In this document: positions 43,417-52,647 of the stretch, piece after piece
Layout: every line of letters begins with the position of its first letter
Position numbering within the stretch: position 1 is the first letter of the stretch
Assembly: GCA_963697895.1 (NCBI GenBank)
Contig: OY969100.1
Location: 640,001 to 704,000 of the forward strand
DNA: 64,000 nt
Reading direction: 5' to 3'
DNA from: an uncultured Methanomicrobiales archaeon
GTDB taxonomy: Archaea > Halobacteriota > Methanomicrobia > Methanomicrobiales > Methanospirillaceae
Program-made: the position numbers and the translations under genes
The notes under the pieces: model-generated
Told to the model about the DNA's origin: nothing
The model's database searches: none
Seen by the model: only the letters and a program-made list of their open reading frames with translations

Positions 43417-46400
43417 ATGATGGACATTCAATCAGGTGGAAAAGAACGCTTTACGTTTCTTTGTATCGCGTTCCTGTTCGGCTGCATACTGGCGGTGGCA
43501 CCGGTTGCAGCATTACATGATGTGTCGGTCTCTATCGATCAACCGGGAGGACCCTGTTCTCCGGCGGAGAAATGTATCCTGTTCGAGATCGATGCGGGGC
43601 TTACGGGAAATGATCAGCACTCCTTCTTCGTGAGTTTTCCGAAAGATGACATTTCAGTACCGTTGACTATCGATCCCGACTGTGTCAACATTTCCTGGAA
43701 TGATAATGGGACGTGGACGACTCCGGTTCATCCAAATGCAACCGAGGTCAATGACACGTTTCCGAACCAGCAGCTATGCCCGGATACCACAACCGTCAGG
43801 ATATTGAACCCGATAGGGATCCCGACGAACAAATATGTCGAGATCTGTTTCCTGCCGTGTTCAGACATTGCCTTGATCGGATGCAATTATACCGCGTGTG
43901 TAGGCACGGATGAAGAGAATGTTTCCGTACAGAGCAATAATTCGGTTTCTCTCATGTATAATGTGACCATAATTCCGGGCGAGAATGGTACGATTGTTGC
44001 TGAGACACCACCGCCCTACCCGTGCGGATCGACGCCGAGCTTCGATTTCATTCCCGATTGCGGGTATAAGGTCTGCAATGTCTGCATCACTCCCTTGGGA
44101 GGGAATGATCCCTGCCTCGGCCCCATGTCCTCCTATACGTTCGACCCCCTCGACCAGTGTTATGAAATTTCCGCTGAATTCTGCCCGATCGGAAACATCA
44201 GCGGTTATAAACTGGATAAGGAAGGAAATCCACTCAGCGGCTGGGAGATCAGGCTCTTCAACATGACGGCCCTGGTGGAAACCAATACCACCGGAGCCGA
44301 CGGGAAATACACGTTCGAGGATCTTGATTTGGGGAATTATACCGTGAACGAGACCCTTCAACCCGGATGGATGCAGATCGGCCCGCCGGGCGGCTTTTAC
44401 CAGGTCGAGATCAATTACGATAACCGGGTATTTACCGATCTGAATTTCACAAACGAGCAGATTGGCAATATCAGCGGGTATAAGCTGAACGATGCGACCG
44501 GTCTCGGCATCCCGGGTTGGTTAATGAACCTGTCCAATGAGTCTGTAATAAACATTCATAACACATCGACCGACGGATCCGGGTTCTATCTCTTCGCCGG
44601 CCTGCCGTTTGACACGTATACGGTCGCCGAGGAACTGAAGCCGGGGTGGGCGAACATCACCCCGACCTCGGTGGGGGATCTGGTTATAGACGGGGATACC
44701 CTCAATATCGGGAACGTGAACTTCACGAATGAACAGAATGGAACAATCAGCGGGTATAAACTCGACAATACCACCGGACTCGGCATCCCGGACTGGTTAA
44801 TGACCCTGTCCAACGAGTCTGCAGCTAACATTCAAAATACGTCGACTAACGGATTGGGATTCTACATCTTCACCGGACTGCCGTTCGAAACGTACACGGT
44901 CACCGAGGAACTGAAACCGGGTTACACGAATGTCACCCCCCTCTCCCAGGACGACCTCGTCATAAATGAGGAAAACCCGTCCATAGAGAACGTGAACTTC
45001 ACGAACGAGTTGGAGAAGTTCTGTATCGACGGGTACAAGCTCGATGAGACCGGACTCGGACTTGAGGGATGGACCATTACCGTCACGGATGATCAGGAAC
45101 AGGAAGTCGGGACCGACGTAACCAATGAGACCGGGTTCTACCGGATCTGCGGTCTTGTACCGGGCGACTATACCGTCACCGAGGATCTCAAGGATGGCTG
45201 GTTGAACCAGACCCCGCTCAGCGTGAGTGTCACGGTCGATGAATCCAACGTAGACAACGTGAACTTCACGAACGAGTTGGAGAAGTTCTGTATCGACGGG
45301 TACAAGCTCGATGAGACCGGCCTCGGACTTGAGGGATGGACCATTACCGTCACGGATGATCAGGAACAGGAAGTCGGGACCGACATAACCAACGAGACCG
45401 GGTTCTACCGGATCTGCGGTCTTGTACCGGGCGACTATACCGTCACCGAGGATCTCAAGGATGGCTGGTTGAACCAGACACCGCTCAGCGTGAGTGTCAC
45501 GATCGATGAATCCAACGTCGATAATGTCAACTTCACGAATGAGTTGGAGAAGTTCTGTATCGACGGGTACAAGCTCGATGAGACCGGACTCGGACTTGAG
45601 GGATGGACCATTACCGTAACGGATGATCAGGAACAGGAAGTCGGGACCGACGTAACCAACGAGACCGGGTTCTACCGGATCTGCGGTCTTGTACCGGGCG
45701 ACTATACCGTCACCGAGGATCTCAAGGATGGCTGGTTGAACCAGACACCGCTCAGCGTGAGTGTCACGATCGATGAATCCAACGTCGATAATGTCAACTT
45801 CACGAATGAGTTGGAGAAGTTCTGTATCGACGGGTACAAGCTCGATGAGACCGGCCTCGGACTTGAGGGATGGACCATTACCGTAACGGATGATCAGGAA
45901 CAGGAGGTCGGAACCGACATAACCAATGAGACCGGGTTCTACCGGATCTGCGGTCTTGTACCGGGCGACTATACTGTCACCGAGGATCTCAAGGAAGGCT
46001 GGATGAACCTCACCCCGCTCAGCGTGAGTGTCACGGTCGATGAATCCAACGTCGATAATGTCAACTTCACGAACGAGTTGGAGAAGTTCTGTATCGACGG
46101 GTACAAGCTCGATGAGACCGGTCTCGGACTTGAGGGATGGACCATTACCGTAACGGATGATCAGGAACAGGAAGTCGGGACCGACATAACCAATGAGACC
46201 GGGTTCTACCGGATCTGCGGTCTTGTACCGGGCGACTATACCGTCACCGAGGATCTCAAGGAAGGCTGGTTGAACCTCACCCCGCTCAGCGTGAGTGTCA
46301 CGGTCGATGAATCCAACGTCGATAATGTCAACTTCACGAACGAGTTGGAGAAGTTCTGTATCGACGGGTACAAGCTCGATGAGACCGGTCTCGGACTTGA

Positions 46401-48069
46401 GGGATGGACCATTACCGTCACGGATGATCAGGAACAGGAAGTCGGGACCGACATAACCAATGAGACCGGGTTCTACCGGATCTGCGGTCTTGTACCGGGC
46501 GACTATACCGTCACCGAGGATCTCAAGGAAGGCTGGTTGAACCTCACCCCGCTCAGCGTGAGTGTCACGGTCGATGAATCCAACGTCGATAATGTCAACT
46601 TCACGAACGAGTTGGAGAAGTTCTGTATCGACGGGTACAAGCTCGATGAGACCGGTCTCGGACTTGAGGGATGGACCATTACCGTCACGGATGATCAGGA
46701 ACAGGAAGTCGGGACCGACATAACCAATGAGACCGGGTTCTACCGGATCTGCGGTCTTGTACCGGGCGACTATACCGTCACCGAGGATCTCAAGGAAGGC
46801 TGGTTGAACCTCACCCCGCTCAGCGTGAGTGTCACGGTCGATGAATCCAACGTCGATAATGTCAACTTCACGAACGAGTTGGAGAAGTTCTGTATCGACG
46901 GGTACAAGCTCGATGAGACCGGCCTCGGGCTTGAGGGGTGGACCATTACCGTCACGGATGATCAGGAACAGGAAGTCGGGACCGACATAACTAATGAGAC
47001 CGGGTTCTACCGGATCTGCGGTCTTGTACCGGGCGACTATACTGTCACCGAGGATCTCAAGGAAGGCTGGATGAACCAGACCCCGCTCAGCGTGAGTGTC
47101 ACGGTCGATGAATCCAACGTCGATAATGTCAACTTCACGAACGAGTTGGAGAAGTTCTGTATCGACGGGTACAAGCTCGATGAGACCGGCCTCGGGCTTG
47201 AGGGGTGGACCATTACCGTCACGGATGATCAGGAACAGGAAGTCGGGACCGACGTAACTAATGAGACCGGGTTCTACCGGATCTGCGGTCTTGTACCGGG
47301 CGACTATACTGTCACCGAGGATCTCAAGGAAGGCTGGATGAACCAGACCCCGCTCAGCGTGAGTGTCACGGTCGATGAATCCAACGTAGACAACGTGAAC
47401 TTCACGAACGAAAAGATCCTCGGCACCATCAGCGGGTACAAACTCGACAATGCAACCGGCCTTGGTATTCCCGACTGGGTAATGACATTGTCCAACGGCT
47501 CTGCAACAATCGACGTGACGCAGACCAACGAATCCGGGTTCTATATCTTCTCTGGTCTGCCGTTTGACACATACACAGTCACTGAAGAACTGAAGACGGG
47601 TTACTTCAACATCACTCCGATCTCACAGGACGACCTCGTCATAGACGAAGAGACCCAGAACATCGAGAACGTAAACTTCACGAATGAAATTGGCAATGGA
47701 ACAGTGGTAGGGTGGATCCACACCAACTGTAACCTGGGTGAGTTAGCTGTTCCGGAGGCAAGGGTCCGGGCATCCCTCTCCGAGGATGGCTTGTTCATCA
47801 ACGGTTCATATTGGGAAGTTACGACCGATATCGGAGGGTTCTATGGAATATCGAACCTTCCGACCGGTGTGCCCCTCTTCATAACGGCGCTGTCTCCCGA
47901 ATCTGCACCTGATAAGTACCATCTATACCTCTACCAGGTGTACCCCGGGAGCCTTATTGTATGCAACGAAACTCCGTGCGTCGTTGATCTGGCACCACTC
48001 GCAATAAATGAAACTAAACAGGTAAACTGGATTTTCACCCCGAATACCTCAGAATTCCAATCCACCTGA
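43417..48069 (+). CDS. Giant acidic secreted protein (A) with SdrD-B/CnaB-like repeats
   Basis: Signal peptide, Cys-rich N-terminal domain shared with gene B, about 13 ISGYK/IDGYK...NFTNE modules, many N-x-S/T sequons and no TM anchor. Confidence 0.9.
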   Translation: MMDIQSGGKERFTFLCIAFLFGCILAVAPVAALHDVSVSIDQPGGPCSPAEKCILFEIDAGLTGNDQHSFFVSFPKDDISVPLTIDPDCVNISWNDNGTWTTPVHPNATEVNDTFPNQQLCPDTTTVRILNPIGIPTNKYVEICFLPCSDIALIGCNYTACVGTDEENVSVQSNNSVSLMYNVTIIPGENGTIVAETPPPYPCGSTPSFDFIPDCGYKVCNVCITPLGGNDPCLGPMSSYTFDPLDQCYEISAEFCPIGNISGYKLDKEGNPLSGWEIRLFNMTALVETNTTGADGKYTFEDLDLGNYTVNETLQPGWMQIGPPGGFYQVEINYDNRVFTDLNFTNEQIGNISGYKLNDATGLGIPGWLMNLSNESVINIHNTSTDGSGFYLFAGLPFDTYTVAEELKPGWANITPTSVGDLVIDGDTLNIGNVNFTNEQNGTISGYKLDNTTGLGIPDWLMTLSNESAANIQNTSTNGLGFYIFTGLPFETYTVTEELKPGYTNVTPLSQDDLVINEENPSIENVNFTNELEKFCIDGYKLDETGLGLEGWTITVTDDQEQEVGTDVTNETGFYRICGLVPGDYTVTEDLKDGWLNQTPLSVSVTVDESNVDNVNFTNELEKFCIDGYKLDETGLGLEGWTITVTDDQEQEVGTDITNETGFYRICGLVPGDYTVTEDLKDGWLNQTPLSVSVTIDESNVDNVNFTNELEKFCIDGYKLDETGLGLEGWTITVTDDQEQEVGTDVTNETGFYRICGLVPGDYTVTEDLKDGWLNQTPLSVSVTIDESNVDNVNFTNELEKFCIDGYKLDETGLGLEGWTITVTDDQEQEVGTDITNETGFYRICGLVPGDYTVTEDLKEGWMNLTPLSVSVTVDESNVDNVNFTNELEKFCIDGYKLDETGLGLEGWTITVTDDQEQEVGTDITNETGFYRICGLVPGDYTVTEDLKEGWLNLTPLSVSVTVDESNVDNVNFTNELEKFCIDGYKLDETGLGLEGWTITVTDDQEQEVGTDITNETGFYRICGLVPGDYTVTEDLKEGWLNLTPLSVSVTVDESNVDNVNFTNELEKFCIDGYKLDETGLGLEGWTITVTDDQEQEVGTDITNETGFYRICGLVPGDYTVTEDLKEGWLNLTPLSVSVTVDESNVDNVNFTNELEKFCIDGYKLDETGLGLEGWTITVTDDQEQEVGTDITNETGFYRICGLVPGDYTVTEDLKEGWMNQTPLSVSVTVDESNVDNVNFTNELEKFCIDGYKLDETGLGLEGWTITVTDDQEQEVGTDVTNETGFYRICGLVPGDYTVTEDLKEGWMNQTPLSVSVTVDESNVDNVNFTNEKILGTISGYKLDNATGLGIPDWVMTLSNGSATIDVTQTNESGFYIFSGLPFDTYTVTEELKTGYFNITPISQDDLVIDEETQNIENVNFTNEIGNGTVVGWIHTNCNLGELAVPEARVRASLSEDGLFINGSYWEVTTDIGGFYGISNLPTGVPLFITALSPESAPDKYHLYLYQVYPGSLIVCNETPCVVDLAPLAINETKQVNWIFTPNTSEFQST
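45007..47409 (+). repeat. Nine near-identical 267-bp (89-aa) intragenic tandem repeats
   Basis: Units start at 45007, 45274, 45541, 45808, 46075, 46342, 46609, 46876 and 47143. Confidence 0.97.
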
Positions 48070-48070
48070 A

Positions 48071-48088
48071 TTTTTTTTTAAAAAAAAA
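48071..48088. terminator. Bidirectional oligo-T terminator between convergent genes
   Basis: A T-run followed immediately by an A-run, right after the gene A stop codon. Confidence 0.6.
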
Positions 48089-48215
48089 GAGTGATTCCAA
48101 CCAGGGAGCAGTATCTCAACATCGATGATGCCGATCAGGATAATCCTCTCCCGAGGCGGATTTGATTGAGGATCAATTCTTAACGGGATATCCTTCACCG
48201 GGAAAAAGGATCCTA

Positions 48216-49220
48216 TTATTTCGGAGCATTCCGGGTGATCTTCGCCCTTGCCAATTTTTCTATCGTATCACGATCGACATCGGTATTGGTGACCAGACGC
48301 GCATGGCTGACCGCACTGTCCACAAATGCCCTGCCGACAGGATTCCTGACGATAAGTGTCGTGAATCCTGAAGGACTCCCGACAGCACCGGCGGAAATAT
48401 CTGCAACGGTTGCTGTCAGATCTGTGCAGTAATGGCATCCCTCCCGGACCGTATCCTCGATCTCTGCCAGAGGTATCGATTTTACTGTCCCATCGCTCAA
48501 TCGCACTTCGAGTTTTCCTTTTACGTCGAGTCGCTCGATCTGCCACGGCTGGATATGGTACTTTTTTTCCAGCCTGTCTTCGATAAGGGCGCGGTAATCG
48601 AAACTCTCCGTGCAGAAAAGCCCTATCACGAGTCGGATGGAGCGGGCAAAGGGTTTCAGCAGATCATTATCGCTCTCACGGATCTGTTTCACCGCCTGAG
48701 CAACACAGGGGACGCCGACGATGGCGATTCGCCGGTATTTCCGATCGATCACCGCCGTTTTCAACGCGCTGAGAAGGGGAACCCACCAGCTGTACCGGCT
48801 TCCTGCCTGTTGTATCAAATCCCCCGATGACGTGAGTATCACGGAGGACGGCCGAAGAGTCCACCGGTCTTCCGTCACGGTAACGACCGCATCGATGAGT
48901 CCCTCATCCAGCGCATTTGCGAGTATTGCGGTGACTGCCCCGCCGCTCTGCTTCCGTGGGATATCGAATGCCGCCTGGCCGGCCAGGATCTCAAGATATT
49001 CCCCGAGTGGAGCCGCGGTAACGGGGTTTACCCGGGGACACACCGCGTAGCATGCACCACAGCGGACCGCATCGGTTGCCTGTTTACAGTACCCCGTATT
49101 CCGTGGGCTCCTGGTACTGTCCTCCAAATCGAAGCAGAGTACATCTCCCGGACAGACGGCGATGCAGGCTCCGCATCCAGCGCATAACCCTTTGTCCCAG
49201 ACCTCCTTTTTCAGGTCCAT
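48216..49220 (-). CDS. Coenzyme F420-binding FrhB-family subunit with N-terminal ferredoxin
   Basis: CAGCGACIAVCP, CGACYAVCP, QSGGAVT, VGVPC, IGLFC, CHYC and DISAGAVGS. The true start may be ATG 49237 if one A is missing from a homopolymer. Confidence 0.87.
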   Translation of the reverse strand: MDLKKEVWDKGLCAGCGACIAVCPGDVLCFDLEDSTRSPRNTGYCKQATDAVRCGACYAVCPRVNPVTAAPLGEYLEILAGQAAFDIPRKQSGGAVTAILANALDEGLIDAVVTVTEDRWTLRPSSVILTSSGDLIQQAGSRYSWWVPLLSALKTAVIDRKYRRIAIVGVPCVAQAVKQIRESDNDLLKPFARSIRLVIGLFCTESFDYRALIEDRLEKKYHIQPWQIERLDVKGKLEVRLSDGTVKSIPLAEIEDTVREGCHYCTDLTATVADISAGAVGSPSGFTTLIVRNPVGRAFVDSAVSHARLVTNTDVDRDTIEKLARAKITRNAPK

Positions 49221-49245
49221 ATAGCTTTTTCTTCCATGCGTATTC

Positions 49246-49986
49246 CTACTCCCATGTGTATTTATTCGCAAAAGGGCGGCTGCTCGAAGGGATTATCCGG
49301 GTAAAGGTCCCTTTCGTGAGCGGCAGGGGATCTTCACCGAAATATCGTGCAAATTCGTGGATGAGAGGTATAAAACTTTCCCTTTCTTCCGGCGTGCAGG
49401 AATGCTTCTTAGCCCCGACCCCGAGGAAGTGATCGGCAACCTCCCCGCGGATGATAATCTCACCCCCGTGAATCCCGGAACCAATCCCCCTCTCTGAAAC
49501 TGCATCTCCATCGTTCATTCCCAATACAAGAATCCTGCCACCAGCCATATATTCTCCGAGGAATGCGCGTGCATGTCCCCCGACAACCAGAATGGGGCAT
49601 TTTTCCTGATATTCTTTCATATGGATTCCGCCACGGTATCCGATGTGGTCCCTGACAAAGACCCTTCCTCCCCGCATGCTATGGGCAACCGCATCCCCCG
49701 CACTTCCATGGATAACGATACACCCGGAATCCATCGTATTGCCGGGTGCATGGTCACAATTGCCATATACGGTGCATGTCGGACCACTCATGAACATCCC
49801 GAGATCTCCCCCGGGAACGCCATTGATCACCAGATTTACCGTTCCTTTCAGACCATCCGCAATGAAACGCTGTCCCATTACATGGTCGATGATGATCTCT
49901 TCCGCCCCTTCCCGGACTGCCTGGCGGATCCGTTGGTTAAGCGGGGTATAGTGCATCCCCCGTGCATCAATCCTGACCGTCGTCAA
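49246..49986 (-). CDS. Glutamate synthase GXGXG-domain subunit
   Basis: GQRFIA, GNTMDSG and GEYMAGG beta-helix repeats; glt operon context. Confidence 0.88.
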   Translation of the reverse strand: MTTVRIDARGMHYTPLNQRIRQAVREGAEEIIIDHVMGQRFIADGLKGTVNLVINGVPGGDLGMFMSGPTCTVYGNCDHAPGNTMDSGCIVIHGSAGDAVAHSMRGGRVFVRDHIGYRGGIHMKEYQEKCPILVVGGHARAFLGEYMAGGRILVLGMNDGDAVSERGIGSGIHGGEIIIRGEVADHFLGVGAKKHSCTPEERESFIPLIHEFARYFGEDPLPLTKGTFTRIIPSSSRPFANKYTWE

Positions 49987-49990
49987 TGGT

Positions 49991-51499
49991 TTATGCCCCC
50001 ACAGATTTTACATCGAGGACATTCATGAGCGACTCGTCCAGCATATACCCTCTGAGCCTATCCCGGTTTCCCCGCAGGCTCTCAATACTGTTTATCCCGG
50101 CGGCTCCCATCAGCTCAGCGATCTCAAGCGTCCATGCGTGGATAAGATTTGCAACATTGGCGGATGCAATCTCCGGATCGAGGCGTTCAACGAGATCCGG
50201 TCTCTGCGTTGCGATCCCCCATGGACAAAGCCCCCGGTAGCAGGTCCCGCAGACCCGGCAACCCATGGCGACGAGTGCGGCTGTGCCGATGTAGACCGCA
50301 TCGGCACCAAGCGCAATTATTTTTGCAATATCTGCACTTTCACGGATCCCGCCACTGGCAATGAGAGACACCTCATTTCGGATTCCCTGTTGGCGGAGTT
50401 TGGTGTCGACACTTGCGATCGCTGCCTCTATCGGTATTCCGACGTGGTCACGGAATACCCGCGGTGCGGCCCCTGTACCTCCCCGGAAGCCATCTATTAC
50501 AACCGCATCAGCAGATGAACGTGCAATCCCTGCAGCAATCGCCGCTGAGTTATGGACTGCGGCGATCTTCACAAATACCGGTTTTTTCCATTCAGTCGCC
50601 TCTTTCAGACTACGCACCAGTTGTTTCAAGTCCTCAATACTGTAGATGTCATGATGGGGAGCAGGGCTGATTGCATCGCTCCCAACCGGAATCATCCGGG
50701 TCGAGGAGACTTCACTATCAACCTTTTCACCCGGCAGATGACCCCCGATGCCGGGTTTTGCACCCTGGCCGATCTTGATCTCGATCGCTGCACCTCTTTC
50801 GAGATAGTCGATATTGACGCCGAACCTACCGGAAGCCACCTGAACGATCATATGATCCTGGTAAGGGTAGAGTGATTCGTGGAGGCCACCTTCCCCCGTC
50901 CCCATGAACGTGCCCATCTCGGTTACCGCCCTGGCCAGGGATTGCTGCGCATTCAGGCTGATTGCTCCATAGCTCATATGCCCGATCATAATCGGGGTCT
51001 CGACCTGGAGGTTGGGGGTAAGTCGGGTCGTAAGTTCAATATCCCCATTATTTCTGACGAAGGTCAGCTGAGATGGTTTTTTCCCGATGAACGTCCGCAA
51101 CTCCATCGGTTCACGAAGCGGATCGATGCTTGGATTGGTTACCTGACATGCATCCAGGACGAGCCGGTCGAAAATGATCGGATAGGGAAGGACATTCCCC
51201 ATACCGGAGAGAATGATCTTACCTGATCGAGCCTGGTTATATATCGCTTCCTTTACCTCAGGTGTCCATACCGGATGAGTACGGTAGTCCATCGGCCGCT
51301 CTTTGATAGAAATGGCATCTCTGGGACACATGGCAACACACCGGTGACAGGCCACGCACTGTCGGGAATTTACCCGTATCCGGTCATTGTCCAGACGAAA
51401 TACTCCAAACGGGCAGTTTTCAATACATCGACCACAAAGCATGCACTGGTCCTGATCAATCTGCACTTTGAATTTGAGAGGGACACTACCGATACTCAC
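49991..51499 (-). CDS. Glutamate synthase FMN-binding subunit with N-terminal ferredoxin
   Basis: MSYGAIS, TGEGG, QVASGRFG, KIGQGAKPGIGGHLP, SPAPHHDIYSIEDL and CRVCGTCYRGLCP. Confidence 0.93.
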   Translation of the reverse strand: MSIGSVPLKFKVQIDQDQCMLCGRCIENCPFGVFRLDNDRIRVNSRQCVACHRCVAMCPRDAISIKERPMDYRTHPVWTPEVKEAIYNQARSGKIILSGMGNVLPYPIIFDRLVLDACQVTNPSIDPLREPMELRTFIGKKPSQLTFVRNNGDIELTTRLTPNLQVETPIMIGHMSYGAISLNAQQSLARAVTEMGTFMGTGEGGLHESLYPYQDHMIVQVASGRFGVNIDYLERGAAIEIKIGQGAKPGIGGHLPGEKVDSEVSSTRMIPVGSDAISPAPHHDIYSIEDLKQLVRSLKEATEWKKPVFVKIAAVHNSAAIAAGIARSSADAVVIDGFRGGTGAAPRVFRDHVGIPIEAAIASVDTKLRQQGIRNEVSLIASGGIRESADIAKIIALGADAVYIGTAALVAMGCRVCGTCYRGLCPWGIATQRPDLVERLDPEIASANVANLIHAWTLEIAELMGAAGINSIESLRGNRDRLRGYMLDESLMNVLDVKSVGA

Positions 51500-52545
51500 G
51501 AGACAATCCTCCCGATGACAGGCTCTCCGGCCCGTGGCATGGTGACCGATTCAATATCCGGCTCCATGGTTCGGATTGCCGCTTCTTCGCTCGAAATGTA
51601 AAGCTTGTTCCTGTGTTCTCCCGTCACCAGTGGGCGCAACTTGATACGATCGGTGAACCCGAGGATGTAATCCTGGTTCGCAACGACGATTGCAAAAGGC
51701 CCGTTCATCATTGCAGGACCGTATGCGAGACGAATTGCCTTATTGATCTTTTGCTCCTCCGGCTCCATACGATCGATCTCATCCCAGAAAGGCGGGGCAA
51801 GTGCACGCACCGCGAGTTCTTCCGGAAGTCCGTGCCGTCGTACAAGGAGATCGATCAGGTAGGCAACAACCTCAGTATCGGTGAACATGGTACATTGGTA
51901 TCCATAACTCTCTATATATCGTCGGTTTGTCCCGTATGATGTGATTTCACCGTTGTGCACTACACTCCAGTCGAGAAGGTTGAACGGGTGGGCACCTCCC
52001 CACCAGCCCGGAGTATTCGTGGGATACCGGTTATGCGCCAGCCAGATATATCCTTCATAGTCCTGGATCCGGTAGAAATCGGCCACGTCTTCCGGCCAGC
52101 CGGAAGCCTTGAAGAGAGCAATATTCTTTCCGGATGAATATATCAGCGCTCCTTTCACTGTCGTATTCACTCTCATTACCAGATCCGTGATTATATCTCC
52201 CTCTGATGAAACTTTATCGGTCTTCGAGTTAAGATCGGGTATGAAAAAGTACCTCCAGGGCGTGTGAACCTTTTTTATTTTGGATTCGTATGTGGGAATC
52301 TCCTCGTCATGAATGATATCTCCGTATTGTCGAAGAACCCCTTCCAGGTTTGTTTTTGCCTCCCGGAGGTTATCAAAAAATACGTGAAGAGCATACAAAT
52401 CTTTGAATTCAGGGAAAGCTCCATACGTAACGTAGCCTGCTCCCTGCCCACTCCCCCGCTCATTCATCTGCGAAAGGGCCAGTTTTATCCGGGAGCCATC
52501 AAAACGTTCCCTGCTCCGGTCGATGACACCAATTATACCACACAT
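51496..52545 (-). CDS. Glutamate synthase class II glutamine amidotransferase subunit
   Basis: MCGIIG, HNRYPTN, AHPF, HNGEI, TDTE and DRIKLRP. Confidence 0.92.
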   Translation of the reverse strand: MCGIIGVIDRSRERFDGSRIKLALSQMNERGSGQGAGYVTYGAFPEFKDLYALHVFFDNLREAKTNLEGVLRQYGDIIHDEEIPTYESKIKKVHTPWRYFFIPDLNSKTDKVSSEGDIITDLVMRVNTTVKGALIYSSGKNIALFKASGWPEDVADFYRIQDYEGYIWLAHNRYPTNTPGWWGGAHPFNLLDWSVVHNGEITSYGTNRRYIESYGYQCTMFTDTEVVAYLIDLLVRRHGLPEELAVRALAPPFWDEIDRMEPEEQKINKAIRLAYGPAMMNGPFAIVVANQDYILGFTDRIKLRPLVTGEHRNKLYISSEEAAIRTMEPDIESVTMPRAGEPVIGRIVS

Positions 52546-52630
52546 CTTTATCACAGATCACATCGATAACAGAAATATCTGAAATATTTGCTCTTATAGA
52601 TATGGGTAATTAAATATAAATATAATTGGG

Positions 52631-52645
52631 TAGAAGCTATTTTCC
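52631..52645. promoter_or_regulatory. NrpR-like operator upstream of glnA
   Basis: TAGAA-GCTATT-TTCC, one mismatch from the GGAA-N6-TTCC consensus, downstream of an AT-rich TATA region. Confidence 0.7.
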
Positions 52646-52647
52646 AT

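Noticed and set aside
45007-47409. Diversity-generating retroelement template/variable repeats
   Set aside because: There is no reverse transcriptase in the window and the differences are not adenine-specific; these are ordinary in-frame domain repeats.
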